Shown one piece after another: positions 1 through 9,585 of a stretch of DNA of 64,000 nucleotides. The first letter of the stretch is position 1, and each line of letters begins with the position of its first letter. A program made the translations under genes and the position numbers. The DNA is from an uncultured Chloroflexia bacterium (GTDB taxonomy: Bacteria > Chloroflexota > Limnocylindria > Limnocylindrales > CSP1-4). The notes beneath the pieces were generated by a model, which ran no database searches, was not told the DNA's origin, and saw only the letters and a program-made list of their open reading frames with translations. The DNA lies in contig CAVYIM010000004.1 of the NCBI GenBank assembly GCA_963768655.1, positions 160,001-224,000 of the forward strand. The letters run 5' to 3'.

Positions 1-1383
1 TTCGCCTGGGACCCGCGGACCTTTCCAGATCCACGGGGCATGCTCGCCCGCCTGAAGGGGGACGGCCTGCGGATCAGCCTGTGGATCAACCCATACATCG
101 CCCAGCGCTCGCCGCTGTTCGCCGAGGGCCGCGACGGGGGCTACCTTCTCAAGCGTCCGAACGGCGACGTATGGCAGTGGGACCTCTGGCAGCCCGGGAT
201 GGGCCTGGTGGACTTCACCAACCCGGAGGCGCGACGCTGGTACGCCAGCAAGCTCGACGCCCTCCTCGACATGGGCGTCGACTGCTTCAAGACAGACTTC
301 GGTGAGCGCATCCCCACCGACGTGGTCTACTTCGACGGCTCCGATCCGGAGCTCATGCACAACTACTACCCGTATCTCTACAACCGGACGGTCTTCGAGC
401 TGCTCGAGAAGAGGCGGGGCAAAGGCGAAGCCGTGGTGTTCGCCCGCTCGGCGACGGCCGGGACCCAGCAGTTCCCGGTCCACTGGGGCGGGGATTGCTC
501 CTCGACCTTCGAGTCTATGGCCGAGAGCCTGCGCGGCGGGCTCTCGCTCGGACTGTCCGGCTTCGGCTTCTGGAGCCACGACATCGGCGGGTTCGAGGGC
601 ACGCCGCCGGCGTCGGTGTTCAAGCGCTGGATCGCATTCGGCCTGTTGTCCTCGCACAGCCGGCTCCATGCCAACGAGTCCTACCGGGTTCCTTGGCTGT
701 TCGACGAAGAGGCCGTCGACGTCATGCGCACCTTCAGCGAGCTCAAGAACCGCCTGATGCCGTACCTCTACGGCGTGGCCGTCGAGGCGCACGAGCGCGG
801 CATCCCCACGATGCGGGCGATGTGTTTCGAGTTCCCCGACGACCCGGCATGCAGCTACCTCGATCGTCAGTACATGCTCGGCGACCGCCTCCTCGTGGCG
901 CCGGTCTTCTCGGAATCCGGGACCGTTTCGTACTACGTCCCGGCGGGGAGGTGGACGAACCTGCTCAGCGGCGCCGTCGTCGAAGGGCCGGGCTGGCGGG
1001 AGGAAAGCCATTCGTATTCGAGCCTGCCTTTGCTGGTCCGACCGAATTCGGTCCTCCCGATGGGCGAATGCGAGACCAGGGCGGACTACGACTTCCGGTC
1101 AGGCGTCACGCTGCGGGCCTACGCGATCGAGGACGGCGCCCGGGTCAGGGTGGCGGTCCCGTCGCAGGACGGGGCGCCAGGCCTGACGTTCGACCTGCAC
1201 CGCAAGGGCCGGCAGGTGACGATCAAGCCCCACGGGGCAGCCGTGGGCTGGCGCCTGCTCCTGGCGGGAGAGGACGTCGAGTCGGCCAGTGGCGGAACCG
1301 CCGAAGCCACGGCAGAGGGCGCGCTCGTGCGGCCGGCGTCGCCGAACGCAGTTGTCGAGCTGACCCTTCGCGCCGTTCGCTGA
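1..1383 (+). CDS. yicI: Alpha-xylosidase, glycoside hydrolase family 31 (5'-truncated by window edge)
   Basis: Frame is open from base 1 (FAWDPRTFPDPRGM...). GH31 motifs FKTDFGERIP (nucleophile), HWGGD and FWSHDIGGF are present, typical of YicI. Confidence 0.9.
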   Translation, partial: FAWDPRTFPDPRGMLARLKGDGLRISLWINPYIAQRSPLFAEGRDGGYLLKRPNGDVWQWDLWQPGMGLVDFTNPEARRWYASKLDALLDMGVDCFKTDFGERIPTDVVYFDGSDPELMHNYYPYLYNRTVFELLEKRRGKGEAVVFARSATAGTQQFPVHWGGDCSSTFESMAESLRGGLSLGLSGFGFWSHDIGGFEGTPPASVFKRWIAFGLLSSHSRLHANESYRVPWLFDEEAVDVMRTFSELKNRLMPYLYGVAVEAHERGIPTMRAMCFEFPDDPACSYLDRQYMLGDRLLVAPVFSESGTVSYYVPAGRWTNLLSGAVVEGPGWREESHSYSSLPLLVRPNSVLPMGECETRADYDFRSGVTLRAYAIEDGARVRVAVPSQDGAPGLTFDLHRKGRQVTIKPHGAAVGWRLLLAGEDVESASGGTAEATAEGALVRPASPNAVVELTLRAVR

Positions 1384-1475
1384 CCGCCCCTCCTCCGGCA
1401 GGCTCGGCCCGAGGCGCCGGCCGTCAGGGTTCGGAATCCCCGGCCGCGGTCACGCGCGAGCGTCCACCCGTCTCG

Positions 1476-1892
1476 CTAGCGGCGCGTCGAGACGGGAGCG
1501 GCTGCCTTCCGCATACCCAGGAGCCGGCGGGCGAGCGGCTCATTGTCGACGGAGAGCGACCACTCGGCCCGACCATTGTGCCGGCCGACGACGCAGCAGC
1601 CCGTCAGGACCACGCCGCCGTGCTCGAGGCGCGAGGTGAGGCTGCCCAGAGCGCCGGGCGTGTCCTCGATCTCGACGATGAGCGTGGAGCCGATGACGTA
1701 CGAGTAGCCCATGCTGCGGAGCACGTCGGCGGTGGCCTCGTCGTTGTCCGTGTAGAGCAGGGCGCAGGCCATCTCGCCGGCCGCGCTGCCCTGGATCTGG
1801 GTGAGGTTGATGCCGCGTGCGCACAGGCCCGTGGCCAGGTGAGCGAGCTCACCCGGCCGATTCGGCAGCTGGACTACGAACGGTTGAGCCAT
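1476..1892 (-). CDS. Tandem ACT-domain protein (138 aa), paralog 2
   Basis: True start is MAQPFVVQLPNRPGELAHL at 1892 with GGGAGAG upstream. Two ACT-type motifs (NRPGEL, DTPGAL). The longer ORF in the track is a spurious extension overlapping the neighbour. Confidence 0.8.
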   Translation of the reverse strand: MAQPFVVQLPNRPGELAHLATGLCARGINLTQIQGSAAGEMACALLYTDNDEATADVLRSMGYSYVIGSTLIVEIEDTPGALGSLTSRLEHGGVVLTGCCVVGRHNGRAEWSLSVDNEPLARRLLGMRKAAAPVSTRR

Positions 1893-1951
1893 GGTCTCTC
1901 TCCCGGTAGCGTCGCGACCTTGATGTGCCCCTCCGTGCGCGGGCGAATCGG

Positions 1952-2368
1952 CTAGCGAGGCGACCCCGTCGTGCTTGCGGCCGGAATCCCCAGGATCTGG
2001 CGAGCGACTTCCTCGCGGTCCACTGACAGCGCCCACGTAGCCAGGCCGTTGGCCCGACTCAAGACGCAGCAGCCCGAGATGTTGACCCCGGCGCCTGAGA
2101 GCCGGTCGCTCACCTCGCCGAGGGCGCAGGGCGTGTCTTCGATCTGGACGATCAGGCTCGACCCGGCTACGAAGGGGTAGCCCATGCTGTGGAGGACTTC
2201 CCTCGTATCGTCGTCGCAGCAGTCGGTGTAGATCTCGGCGCAGGTGAGGTCGCCGGCGGTGCTCTGGTGGACCTGGACGATGTTGACGCCGCGCGCGCAC
2301 AGGGCCTTGGCCAGATGGGCCAGTTCGCCCGGCCGATTGGGCAGCTGAACGACGAATTGTTGGCTCAT
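1952..2368 (-). CDS. Tandem ACT-domain protein (138 aa), paralog 1, Cys-rich
   Basis: MSQQFVVQLPNRPGELAHL...EDTPCALG with a GGAGGGAGA RBS. Clearly homologous to the adjacent gene. 7 Cys. Confidence 0.8.
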   Translation of the reverse strand: MSQQFVVQLPNRPGELAHLAKALCARGVNIVQVHQSTAGDLTCAEIYTDCCDDDTREVLHSMGYPFVAGSSLIVQIEDTPCALGEVSDRLSGAGVNISGCCVLSRANGLATWALSVDREEVARQILGIPAASTTGSPR

Positions 2369-2482
2369 GTCTCCCTCCCGACGATACTGTCAGGCGGTAG
2401 GAGGTGCACCCCGGCCGGCAGGTCCCCGATCTGTCGCCCGTTGCTCGTGGACGAGGCCGGCGCCGTGCCGGCGAAGACTAGA

Positions 2483-2779
2483 CTAGCCGATTGCCACCTC
2501 CCTGTGCTCCGGGTCTTTGGGCCCGGGTGGCCCGCCGCGCTCGACGTCCATGGCCGCCAGCCGCACGCCCTCCCCGGGGATCCTCTGGATGACGAGCTCG
2601 GCGCCCTCGGCGCACGATCCGACCGACACCTCGCTCCAGGCGTAGCGCAGCGCGTCTTCGGTGTGCTCGTCGTCCTCGCCGAGCAGCACGTGGACGGCGG
2701 CGACCCGAGTCACCTCCAGGGCAGTGGCGCGCTCGACGACCTTGTCCAGAACCGCCTGGGCGAGCATGGCCTGGTGCAT
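2483..2779 (-). CDS. hypA: HypA/HybF-like nickel metallochaperone, shortened (no CxxC zinc finger)
   Basis: N-terminal MHQAMLAQAVL (cf. MHExxI), 'EDALRYAW...GSCAEGAELVIQRIP' and a C-terminal 'GEGVRLAAMDVE' match the HypA alpha/beta domain. Lies directly after the hydrogenase protease. Confidence 0.7.
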   Translation of the reverse strand: MHQAMLAQAVLDKVVERATALEVTRVAAVHVLLGEDDEHTEDALRYAWSEVSVGSCAEGAELVIQRIPGEGVRLAAMDVERGGPPGPKDPEHREVAIG

Positions 2780-2781
2780 GG

Positions 2782-3306
2782 CTACCGGGCTCCTGCGGCG
2801 ACCAGCTCGACGACGGCCTGGGCCGCCGCCGGGATCGCCGCCTCGACCGCCGGGCTCAGCGCCTCGCTGAACTCGTCGGTTCGCCGGGCCTGGACGGTGA
2901 CCGCGTGAATGCTCTCGGGCAGGCTCGCCCCGAGGCGCCTGCCCAGCGTCAGCGCCGTGCGAAGGGAGGCGTCGTGGGCAGAGTCGAGGTGGCCGGCCGC
3001 GAACTCGGCCAGTTCGTCGAAAGAGCAGGACCGAACCTCACCGATGGGACGGTTCGGGAACTCGGCGGCGTCCACCAGGATGGCCGCCTCGTAGCCGGTC
3101 AGGCATTCCATCAGGCGCAGGCCGCCGACGCCCAGCCGCTCGATCTCGACGTCAGGGATCGTGCGGCCTGCCTCCTGGGCCGCGCGAATCAGACCCTCGA
3201 CCTCGTCGGCGACGCGCCAGCCAACGCCGTCGTCGCCGAGCAGCGGGTTGCCCAGCCCGACGACGATCGTTCGGGGCTGCCGGTCGCCGGAGACGTGATC
3301 GGCCAT
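2782..3306 (-). CDS. Hydrogenase maturation protease (HycI/HybD family)
   Basis: Motifs VVGLGNPLLGDDGVG, ILVDA and SAH; located right after the hydrogenase large subunit. Confidence 0.93.
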   Translation of the reverse strand: MADHVSGDRQPRTIVVGLGNPLLGDDGVGWRVADEVEGLIRAAQEAGRTIPDVEIERLGVGGLRLMECLTGYEAAILVDAAEFPNRPIGEVRSCSFDELAEFAAGHLDSAHDASLRTALTLGRRLGASLPESIHAVTVQARRTDEFSEALSPAVEAAIPAAAQAVVELVAAGAR

Positions 3307-3319
3307 GCAGATATCCGAT

Positions 3320-4807
3320 CTAGCAGTTCTGGGAGAGGACCTCGATCACCTCGCCGTCCGAGTTGCGGATGGCGACCTGCAAGGGCATCTCCCCGGGCAG
3401 TGAATGAGTGGCGCAGCCGAAGCACGGGTCGTACAGGCGGAAGGCCATTTCGACGCGGTTCAGCAGACCCTGGTGAACGACGACGCCCTTGTGGATCAGG
3501 CTCTCGGCGGCTTTCTTGACCGACATCGCCATCGGGGCGTAGTTGTTCGTGGTCCCCACGAGCAGGTTCACGGACGTGAGAACGCCGCGCTCGTCGGTCA
3601 CGTAGTGGTGGGTGAGGGTGCCTCGCGGCGCCTCGACCGTGCCGACGCCCTCGGTGGGCTTCTCGGTCGGAACGACGCGGACGTCCGGCGAGGTGATGTC
3701 GGGATCGGTCGCCAGCTCGACCATCCGCTCGGCCGCATACAGCAGCTCGACCAGGCGAGCCCAGTGGGTGGCGAGACGATGATGGACCAGGCGCTTTCCA
3801 CCCGACTCCGGCTTGGGAGCAAGGGTGTCGTAGAAGCGCTCGTACGCGGCCTGGGCCAGCGGCGTGGCCATGCCCTCGGCGGTGTTGAGGCGCGACAATG
3901 GCGTGGCGCAGTACACGCCCGAGTCGGCACCGTCGACGAAGCCCTTCCAGCCGACCTTCTTCAGGTACGGGAACTTGAGGTACGTCCAGGGCTCGACGTG
4001 CTCGGCGATCCAGTCGCGGTACTCGGCCGGGGCGTAGGTGCCGACGCGCTGGCCGTCGGGCGACATGATGCTGACCTTGCCGTCGTAGAAGTTGATCTTG
4101 TTGTTCGGGTCCACCATGCCCATGTAGTAGGTCCGGTGGGTGTACCCGTCGGAGAGGACCATTTCCCTGTAGGCGTCGTTGCCGAGCACGATCTGGTCGA
4201 AGATGCCCAGGCTGAACTGGGCGAACTCGACCGACCAGCGGCCGATCTTCTCGATCTCGGCGCGCTGCTCCTCGGTGATGCCCTGGGTCATGCCGCCTGG
4301 CACCGCGGTGGCCGGGTGGATCTTGCGGCCGCCGATCATCTCGACGACGTTGTGGCCCTGCTTGCGGGCCTGGATGACCTTGCTGCCGACTTCCATGCCG
4401 ACCTTGGCCAGCACACCCAGGATGTTGCGCTCGGCCGCCGGGGCATCGGGTCCGACCACGAAGTCGGGGCCGCCCAGGGCGTAGAAGTGAGTGGTGTGGT
4501 CCGTGACGTAGAACGCGCTGTAGAGCAGCTCGCGCAGGAGCTTGGCCGTTCGGGGCGGGTCGACGTGGTAGACCGCGTCGGCGGCCTTGGCCGCGGCCAT
4601 GTGATGCGCTTCCGGGCAGACGCCGCAGATACGGTTGGTCAGCGTCGGCATCTCCTCCACGGGGCGGCCGACGCAGAACCGTTCGAAGCCGCGCAACTCC
4701 GGGATCTGGAAGTACGCGTTGGCGACCTCACCGTCCGGATCGAGGAAGATCTCGATCTTGCCGTGGCCCTCGAGCCTGGTGACGGGGTCGATGGTGATTC
4801 GTTCCAT
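3320..4807 (-). CDS. mvhA: [NiFe] hydrogenase large subunit, MvhA/VhuA-like (group 3c-type)
   Basis: Contains ITIDPVTRLEGH, L1 motif RICGVC, EAPRG and L2 motif YDPCFGCATH followed by a cleavable C-terminal extension. ATG at 4807 (alternative GTG at 4813). Confidence 0.93.
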   Translation of the reverse strand: MERITIDPVTRLEGHGKIEIFLDPDGEVANAYFQIPELRGFERFCVGRPVEEMPTLTNRICGVCPEAHHMAAAKAADAVYHVDPPRTAKLLRELLYSAFYVTDHTTHFYALGGPDFVVGPDAPAAERNILGVLAKVGMEVGSKVIQARKQGHNVVEMIGGRKIHPATAVPGGMTQGITEEQRAEIEKIGRWSVEFAQFSLGIFDQIVLGNDAYREMVLSDGYTHRTYYMGMVDPNNKINFYDGKVSIMSPDGQRVGTYAPAEYRDWIAEHVEPWTYLKFPYLKKVGWKGFVDGADSGVYCATPLSRLNTAEGMATPLAQAAYERFYDTLAPKPESGGKRLVHHRLATHWARLVELLYAAERMVELATDPDITSPDVRVVPTEKPTEGVGTVEAPRGTLTHHYVTDERGVLTSVNLLVGTTNNYAPMAMSVKKAAESLIHKGVVVHQGLLNRVEMAFRLYDPCFGCATHSLPGEMPLQVAIRNSDGEVIEVLSQNC

Positions 4808-4809
4808 GC

Positions 4810-5889
4810 TCACTTCTCCCCGTCGGTGTTCCAGGCCGCCTTGGAGCTGCGGAGCAGCGAACCGGCCAGGCTGAAGCGGTAGAACTGGCCCGCGGGATCG
4901 ACGATCCCGTCGAGCACCCTGTCGATGTCATCGGGCTTCTGCGCCTCGACGACCGACGCGTATGCCGAGATCAGCCGGGCTCCGTAGTCCACGACGCCGT
5001 CGGCCGCCCCGTAGCAGCCGATGCACGGCGCCCCGACGGCGGGGCAGAGCGCACCGCAACCGTCGCGGGTGGCGGGGCCGTTGCAGGGCAGGCCCTGCTC
5101 CAGCAGGCAGATCTCCGGGTCGAAATGGGCGACCTGCTGGATGCGGACGAAGCGGTCGATCTTCTTGACGTCGCGCCTGCGGGCGCACTCGTCGCATACG
5201 GTCGACTCGCCCGCGCCCAGGACCGCGCCCCTGGGCGGGAGAGGACCGGTCCCGTTGAGGGCCTTGACCACGGCCTCGAGGGCCGCCCAAATCTGCTTCG
5301 ACTCGGGCGGGCAGCCGGGGATCGTGTAATCGACCTCCACGACCTGGTCGAGCGTTCGCAGCATCGGCTCGAACTCGGGCAGGTGCAGGACGCCTTCGGG
5401 CGCCTGGTACTCCCAGACCGGCCGGATCCCGTCGGGGTTGTCCGTGCTGGTCGTGGAGAAGGCGGTGTCGATGATCTGCTTGCGGCTCGACAGGTTGGCC
5501 AGGCCGGGAATGCAGCCCTCGCCCGCGCATGAGCCGAAGGCGACCATGAACTTGGACTTGCGGCGCAGGAGCCGGGCCAGGTGAACCGTCTCGTCAGTCC
5601 GCATGCTGCCGGAGACGAGCGTGATCGTGATCTCGCCGTCGTCCATGGCTTCGATGTCGGCGTACTTGCCGTCCATGATCGTCGGCCACAGGACGATGTC
5701 GAAGGCGGCCGCCACGTCCACGATGTGCTCGTGGATGTTGACGATCGCGATGTCGCAGCCGCCGCATGAGGCGGCGCCGAAGATCGCGAGCTTGGGCTTG
5801 GCGGCCGACTTCGCCGCGGGCTTGGGGGCCGGCTTGGGAGCCGGAGCCGCGGCCTTCGCCGCGCCGTTTGACTTCGAGGTCGGGCTCAT
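4810..5889 (-). CDS. mvhG: [NiFe] hydrogenase small subunit, MvhG-like
   Basis: Fe-S motifs SCGGC, FGSCA, IPGCPP, VCDEC, CLLEQG.PC.GPAT..GCGA.CP....PCIGCYG. Confidence 0.92.
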   Translation of the reverse strand: MSPTSKSNGAAKAAAPAPKPAPKPAAKSAAKPKLAIFGAASCGGCDIAIVNIHEHIVDVAAAFDIVLWPTIMDGKYADIEAMDDGEITITLVSGSMRTDETVHLARLLRRKSKFMVAFGSCAGEGCIPGLANLSSRKQIIDTAFSTTSTDNPDGIRPVWEYQAPEGVLHLPEFEPMLRTLDQVVEVDYTIPGCPPESKQIWAALEAVVKALNGTGPLPPRGAVLGAGESTVCDECARRRDVKKIDRFVRIQQVAHFDPEICLLEQGLPCNGPATRDGCGALCPAVGAPCIGCYGAADGVVDYGARLISAYASVVEAQKPDDIDRVLDGIVDPAGQFYRFSLAGSLLRSSKAAWNTDGEK

Positions 5890-6470
5890 CGGGCTACCGC
5901 CGCATGCTGCGGGTTGGTGCCACCGGGGGCTGAGGGCGGTCCGCCGGCGTCACCGCCGGTCGCCTCCCAGGCCGTTTCGAGGTCGACCGCGTCCAGGTCG
6001 ACCATGTTGCCGGCCGGCCAGTTGAGCGGTCCGAGCGCTCGAACCTCTTCGGTGACCCGGGCGATCTCGTTTGCCAGGCGGACGCCCTCGGCGGCGCTGG
6101 CCCAGACGAGCTGGAGGCGAGCCGGTTCGATGCCGAGCGCCTCGATCGTTCGCTGCAACAGTTGGAAGCGCCGCAGGGCCTTGTAGTTCTGCTCGATGTA
6201 GTGGCATTCGCCTGGATGGCAGCCGCTGACGAGGACCGCGTCGGCCCCCTCGGCGTAGGCCTTGAGCACGAACGTCGGATCCAGCCGGCCCGAGCACATG
6301 AGCCTGATCAGGCGCACGTTGGGCGGGTACTTCGTCCGCGCCGTGCCGGCCAGGTCCGCGGCCCGGTAGCTGCACCAGTTGCAGGTGAAGCCGATGATCA
6401 CCGGCTCGAAGGTGGCGGCCGGAGCCGTTCCCTGCGTGGAGGCCGGTGCGACAGGTGCCTGCGCGCTCAT
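5886..6470 (-). CDS. mvhD: Hydrogenase iron-sulfur subunit MvhD/FlpD ([2Fe-2S])
   Basis: FTCNWCSY.AADLAG, RLMCSGR, GCHPGECHY, WASAAEG. Confidence 0.95.
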   Translation of the reverse strand: MSAQAPVAPASTQGTAPAATFEPVIIGFTCNWCSYRAADLAGTARTKYPPNVRLIRLMCSGRLDPTFVLKAYAEGADAVLVSGCHPGECHYIEQNYKALRRFQLLQRTIEALGIEPARLQLVWASAAEGVRLANEIARVTEEVRALGPLNWPAGNMVDLDAVDLETAWEATGGDAGGPPSAPGGTNPQHAAVAR

Positions 6471-8584
6471 GCTCGCACCGCCTCCTCGATCGCATCGTGA
6501 TGGGCTTCTGGGTAGGCGGTCCGCCTGAGCGGCGCCCCGTCGGCCCCGACTCGGAGCAGACCCTCGATCTGGGCCAGGACCTGCTCATTGCTGAAGCCGG
6601 ATCCGGAGATCGCTCCGGCGGGGCAGGCCGCGACGCATGTGCCGCAGCCCTGGCACATCGCCGCGTTGATGACCGACACGGCTTTGACGTCGTCGAAGCT
6701 GATGGCGTTGTACGGGCACATCGTGTTGCAGATCCGGCAGCCGGAGCAGTGCTCCGGGTGAACCGTGGCCTTGATCGGCTCGAGGTTCATCTGCTTCTGC
6801 TGGATCCGCCCCAGGACTCGCGCGGCGGCCGCGGCGCCCTGCGCCACGGAGGCCGGAATGTCCTTGGGACCGCTGACGCAGCCGGCCACGAACACGCCTT
6901 CGGTCATGGTCGCGACCGGATCGAGCTTGGGGTGCTTCTCGATGGCCCAGCCGTCGAAGCTGCACGAGATCCCGAACCGGACGGCCAGCTCCTTCGCATC
7001 GGCGCGGGGCTCGAGGCCGGACGAGAGGATGACCATGTCGACAGGGAAGCGACGCTGCTTGCCGACCAGCGTGTCCTCGACCTGGAGGATCAGCTTGCCC
7101 TCTTCCTCCGGAGTGCGGGCCACGTCGGTAATCTCGGCCGGCTTGCCGCGGACGAAGATTCCGCCCTCTTCCATGATCCGCTGGTAGAACTCGTCGTAGC
7201 CCTTACCGGCGGTCCTCATGTCGATGTAGAACTCGTAGATCGACGCCTCGGTGTGTTCCTTCACCAGATGGGCGAACTTGAGGCTCTGCATGCAGCAGAT
7301 CGCGGAGCAGTAGCTGTTGTGGTTCTTGTCGCGGCTGCCGACGCAGTGGACGATCGCCACCGACTTGGGCTCGGTGACTCCGTCGCGGAGGACGACGTGG
7401 CCGTTGGTGGGGCCGGCTGAGTTTGACAGCCGTTCGAACTCGAGGCTGGTGAAGACGTTCGGCAGGCGGCCGTAGCCGTACTGCTGCATCTTGCGGGCGT
7501 CGAAGAGGTCGTAACCGGTGGCGATGATGATGTTGCCGACCTGCAGGGTCAGGATCGTGTCTTCCTGGTTGAAGTCGATCGCGTTCGTCTCGCAGAACTT
7601 CTCGCAGGCCTTACAGGTGCCCTTCTCGTAGTAAGTGCAGTTGGCCCGGTCGATGACCGGAGTGCGAGGGACGGCCTGGTCGAAGGGCGTGTAGATCGCC
7701 TTGCGGTAGCCGAGCCCGGCCTCGAAGACTTCGTCGATGACCTTCTTGGGGCACTTCTCCTGGCACACGCCGCAGCCGTTGCAGAGCTCCTCGTTGACGT
7801 AGCGGGCCTTCTTGCGGACGGTGACGGTGAAGTTGCCGACGTAGCCCTCGACCTTCTCGACCTCGCTCCAGGTCAGGAGCTCGACGTTCGGATGCGTGCC
7901 GGCCGTGACCATCTTGGGGGTCAGGATGCAGGCCGCGCAGTCGAGGGTGGGGAAGGTCTTGTCGAACTGGGCCATGTGGCCGCCGATCGACGGCTCCTTC
8001 TCGACCAGGTAGACCTTGAATTCAGCATCGGCGATCTCGAGGGTGGCGCTGATGCCGGCGATGCCGCCGCCCACGACCAGCGTGGCGGGGTTGATGTCGA
8101 CCCTTATCGGCGAGAGCGGCTCGTTGCGGCGGACCCGCTCGACGCCGCCGGCCAGGATGGCCTTGGCCTTGGCGGTGGCGGCGGCCTTGTCGGTGTGGAC
8201 CCACGAGTCCTGCTCGCGGATCGAGACCAGCTCGCACAGGTACGGGTTCAGGCCGGCCCGGGCCGTGGCCGTGCGGAACGTGTTCTCGTGGAGATGCGGG
8301 GAGCAGGCGGCGACCACGATGCGGTTGAGGCCGAGGTTCTTGATGTCCTCGGTCACCAGTTCCTGGCCGGGGCTGGAGCACATGAACTTGTAGTCGCGGG
8401 CGACGACCACTCCCTGGTCGCGCAGGTTCTCGGCCGCCCAGCGGGCGACCTCGGCCACGTCGACCACGCCCGCGATGTTGCTGCCGCAGTGGCAGACGTA
8501 GACGCCGATCCGGATCTCGCCTTCCACGGGCAGTCCGGCGGAAAGCTTGCCCTCGGCCGGCGGGTGGTTGTGCTCGGCGCTCAT
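6467..8584 (-). CDS. hdrA: Heterodisulfide reductase subunit A (FAD, multiple 4Fe-4S)
   Basis: IGVYVCHCG.NI, VVAACSP, FAD motif VVGGGIAG, QFDKTFPTLDCAACIL, an inserted ferredoxin domain, HCVGSRD...YCSAICC and a C-terminal 2x[4Fe-4S] domain. Confidence 0.96.
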   Translation of the reverse strand: MSAEHNHPPAEGKLSAGLPVEGEIRIGVYVCHCGSNIAGVVDVAEVARWAAENLRDQGVVVARDYKFMCSSPGQELVTEDIKNLGLNRIVVAACSPHLHENTFRTATARAGLNPYLCELVSIREQDSWVHTDKAAATAKAKAILAGGVERVRRNEPLSPIRVDINPATLVVGGGIAGISATLEIADAEFKVYLVEKEPSIGGHMAQFDKTFPTLDCAACILTPKMVTAGTHPNVELLTWSEVEKVEGYVGNFTVTVRKKARYVNEELCNGCGVCQEKCPKKVIDEVFEAGLGYRKAIYTPFDQAVPRTPVIDRANCTYYEKGTCKACEKFCETNAIDFNQEDTILTLQVGNIIIATGYDLFDARKMQQYGYGRLPNVFTSLEFERLSNSAGPTNGHVVLRDGVTEPKSVAIVHCVGSRDKNHNSYCSAICCMQSLKFAHLVKEHTEASIYEFYIDMRTAGKGYDEFYQRIMEEGGIFVRGKPAEITDVARTPEEEGKLILQVEDTLVGKQRRFPVDMVILSSGLEPRADAKELAVRFGISCSFDGWAIEKHPKLDPVATMTEGVFVAGCVSGPKDIPASVAQGAAAAARVLGRIQQKQMNLEPIKATVHPEHCSGCRICNTMCPYNAISFDDVKAVSVINAAMCQGCGTCVAACPAGAISGSGFSNEQVLAQIEGLLRVGADGAPLRRTAYPEAHHDAIEEAVRA

Positions 8585-9585
8585 TCCTCAACCTCGCTGT
8601 CGGCCATCCGCGGCATCGGCAGAGCCCGCTTGTCGGGCCTGGGCCGGTGCGCGGCAGGTGCGGCCCCGGCGGCCGCGAGCGTCTCCGCGGGGGCCGCCTT
8701 CAGGGCCGCCACCAGCGTCTTCTTCGCGTTCGTGTACTCGCGCCCGACCCCGGCCTTGCCCGGCTCGACGCCGAAGGCCACGGCCATGAGCTGGGTGAAG
8801 AACACGATCGGCATCTTGTAGTGGGTGTGGAACATGGCGTTCATCTCGCCCTGGTAGGCGTCGATGTTGATCTGGCACATCGGGCAGACCGTGACCATCA
8901 TCGCGGCCTCGCGCTTCTCGGCTTCCGCCACCAGGCGCCGGATCAGCTCCAGGCCGACCTTGGGGGCGACCTGGGTCATGTGGCCGCCGCAGCACTCGGT
9001 CTTGAGCGGGTAGTCCACCACGTCCGCGCCGAGGGCTCGAAGCAGGCGGTCGAGATCGTTTGGCTGCTCGTGGTTGGTGTAGGCCCCGTCGATATCCGGG
9101 CGGGGGACCATGCAGCCGAGGTAGGGCGCGACCTTGAGGCCGGTGAGGGGCTTCTTGACCGCGGCCTTGACCCTGTCCAGGCCGACGTCGTTGAGGATCA
9201 CCTCGAGGAGGTGGCGGACCTTGATCGTGCCCGGGTCGTAGTGCAGCCCGCCGGCCCCGAGCGCATCGTTGACGCGGGCGTTGAGCGCGGGCTGCTGGCC
9301 CATGTAGTGGTCCGTCTTGGCCAGGTTGAGGTAGCAGGCGCTGCAGGCGGCGACGAGGGGCTGGCCGTCCTTCTTCTCGCCGGCGGCGATGGCCAGGTTG
9401 CGGGCGATCATTGCGTACGCCGGAGTCGTGCTCAGGCTCACGTACTCGGTGGCGCCGCAGCAGTTCCAGTCGTCGATCTCTTCGAAGGTGATTCCGAGGG
9501 GCTCGCAGATACCTTCGAGGGACTCTCGATAGGAGCGGCCGCTGCCCTCCATGGAGCAGCCCGGGTAGTAGAGGTAGCTGGTCAT
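8581..9585 (-). CDS. hdrB: Heterodisulfide reductase subunit B (two CCG domains)
   Basis: YYPGC / WNCCG / ACSACY and YLGC / ECCGG / VCPMC cysteine-rich CCG motifs. Confidence 0.94.
   Translation of the reverse strand: MTSYLYYPGCSMEGSGRSYRESLEGICEPLGITFEEIDDWNCCGATEYVSLSTTPAYAMIARNLAIAAGEKKDGQPLVAACSACYLNLAKTDHYMGQQPALNARVNDALGAGGLHYDPGTIKVRHLLEVILNDVGLDRVKAAVKKPLTGLKVAPYLGCMVPRPDIDGAYTNHEQPNDLDRLLRALGADVVDYPLKTECCGGHMTQVAPKVGLELIRRLVAEAEKREAAMMVTVCPMCQINIDAYQGEMNAMFHTHYKMPIVFFTQLMAVAFGVEPGKAGVGREYTNAKKTLVAALKAAPAETLAAAGAAPAAHRPRPDKRALPMPRMADSEVEE

Noticed and set aside
3320-8584. Selenocysteine-containing Mvh/Hdr subunits
   Set aside because: All relevant ligand positions are Cys codons in uninterrupted ORFs (e.g. 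DPCFGC); no in-frame TGA.
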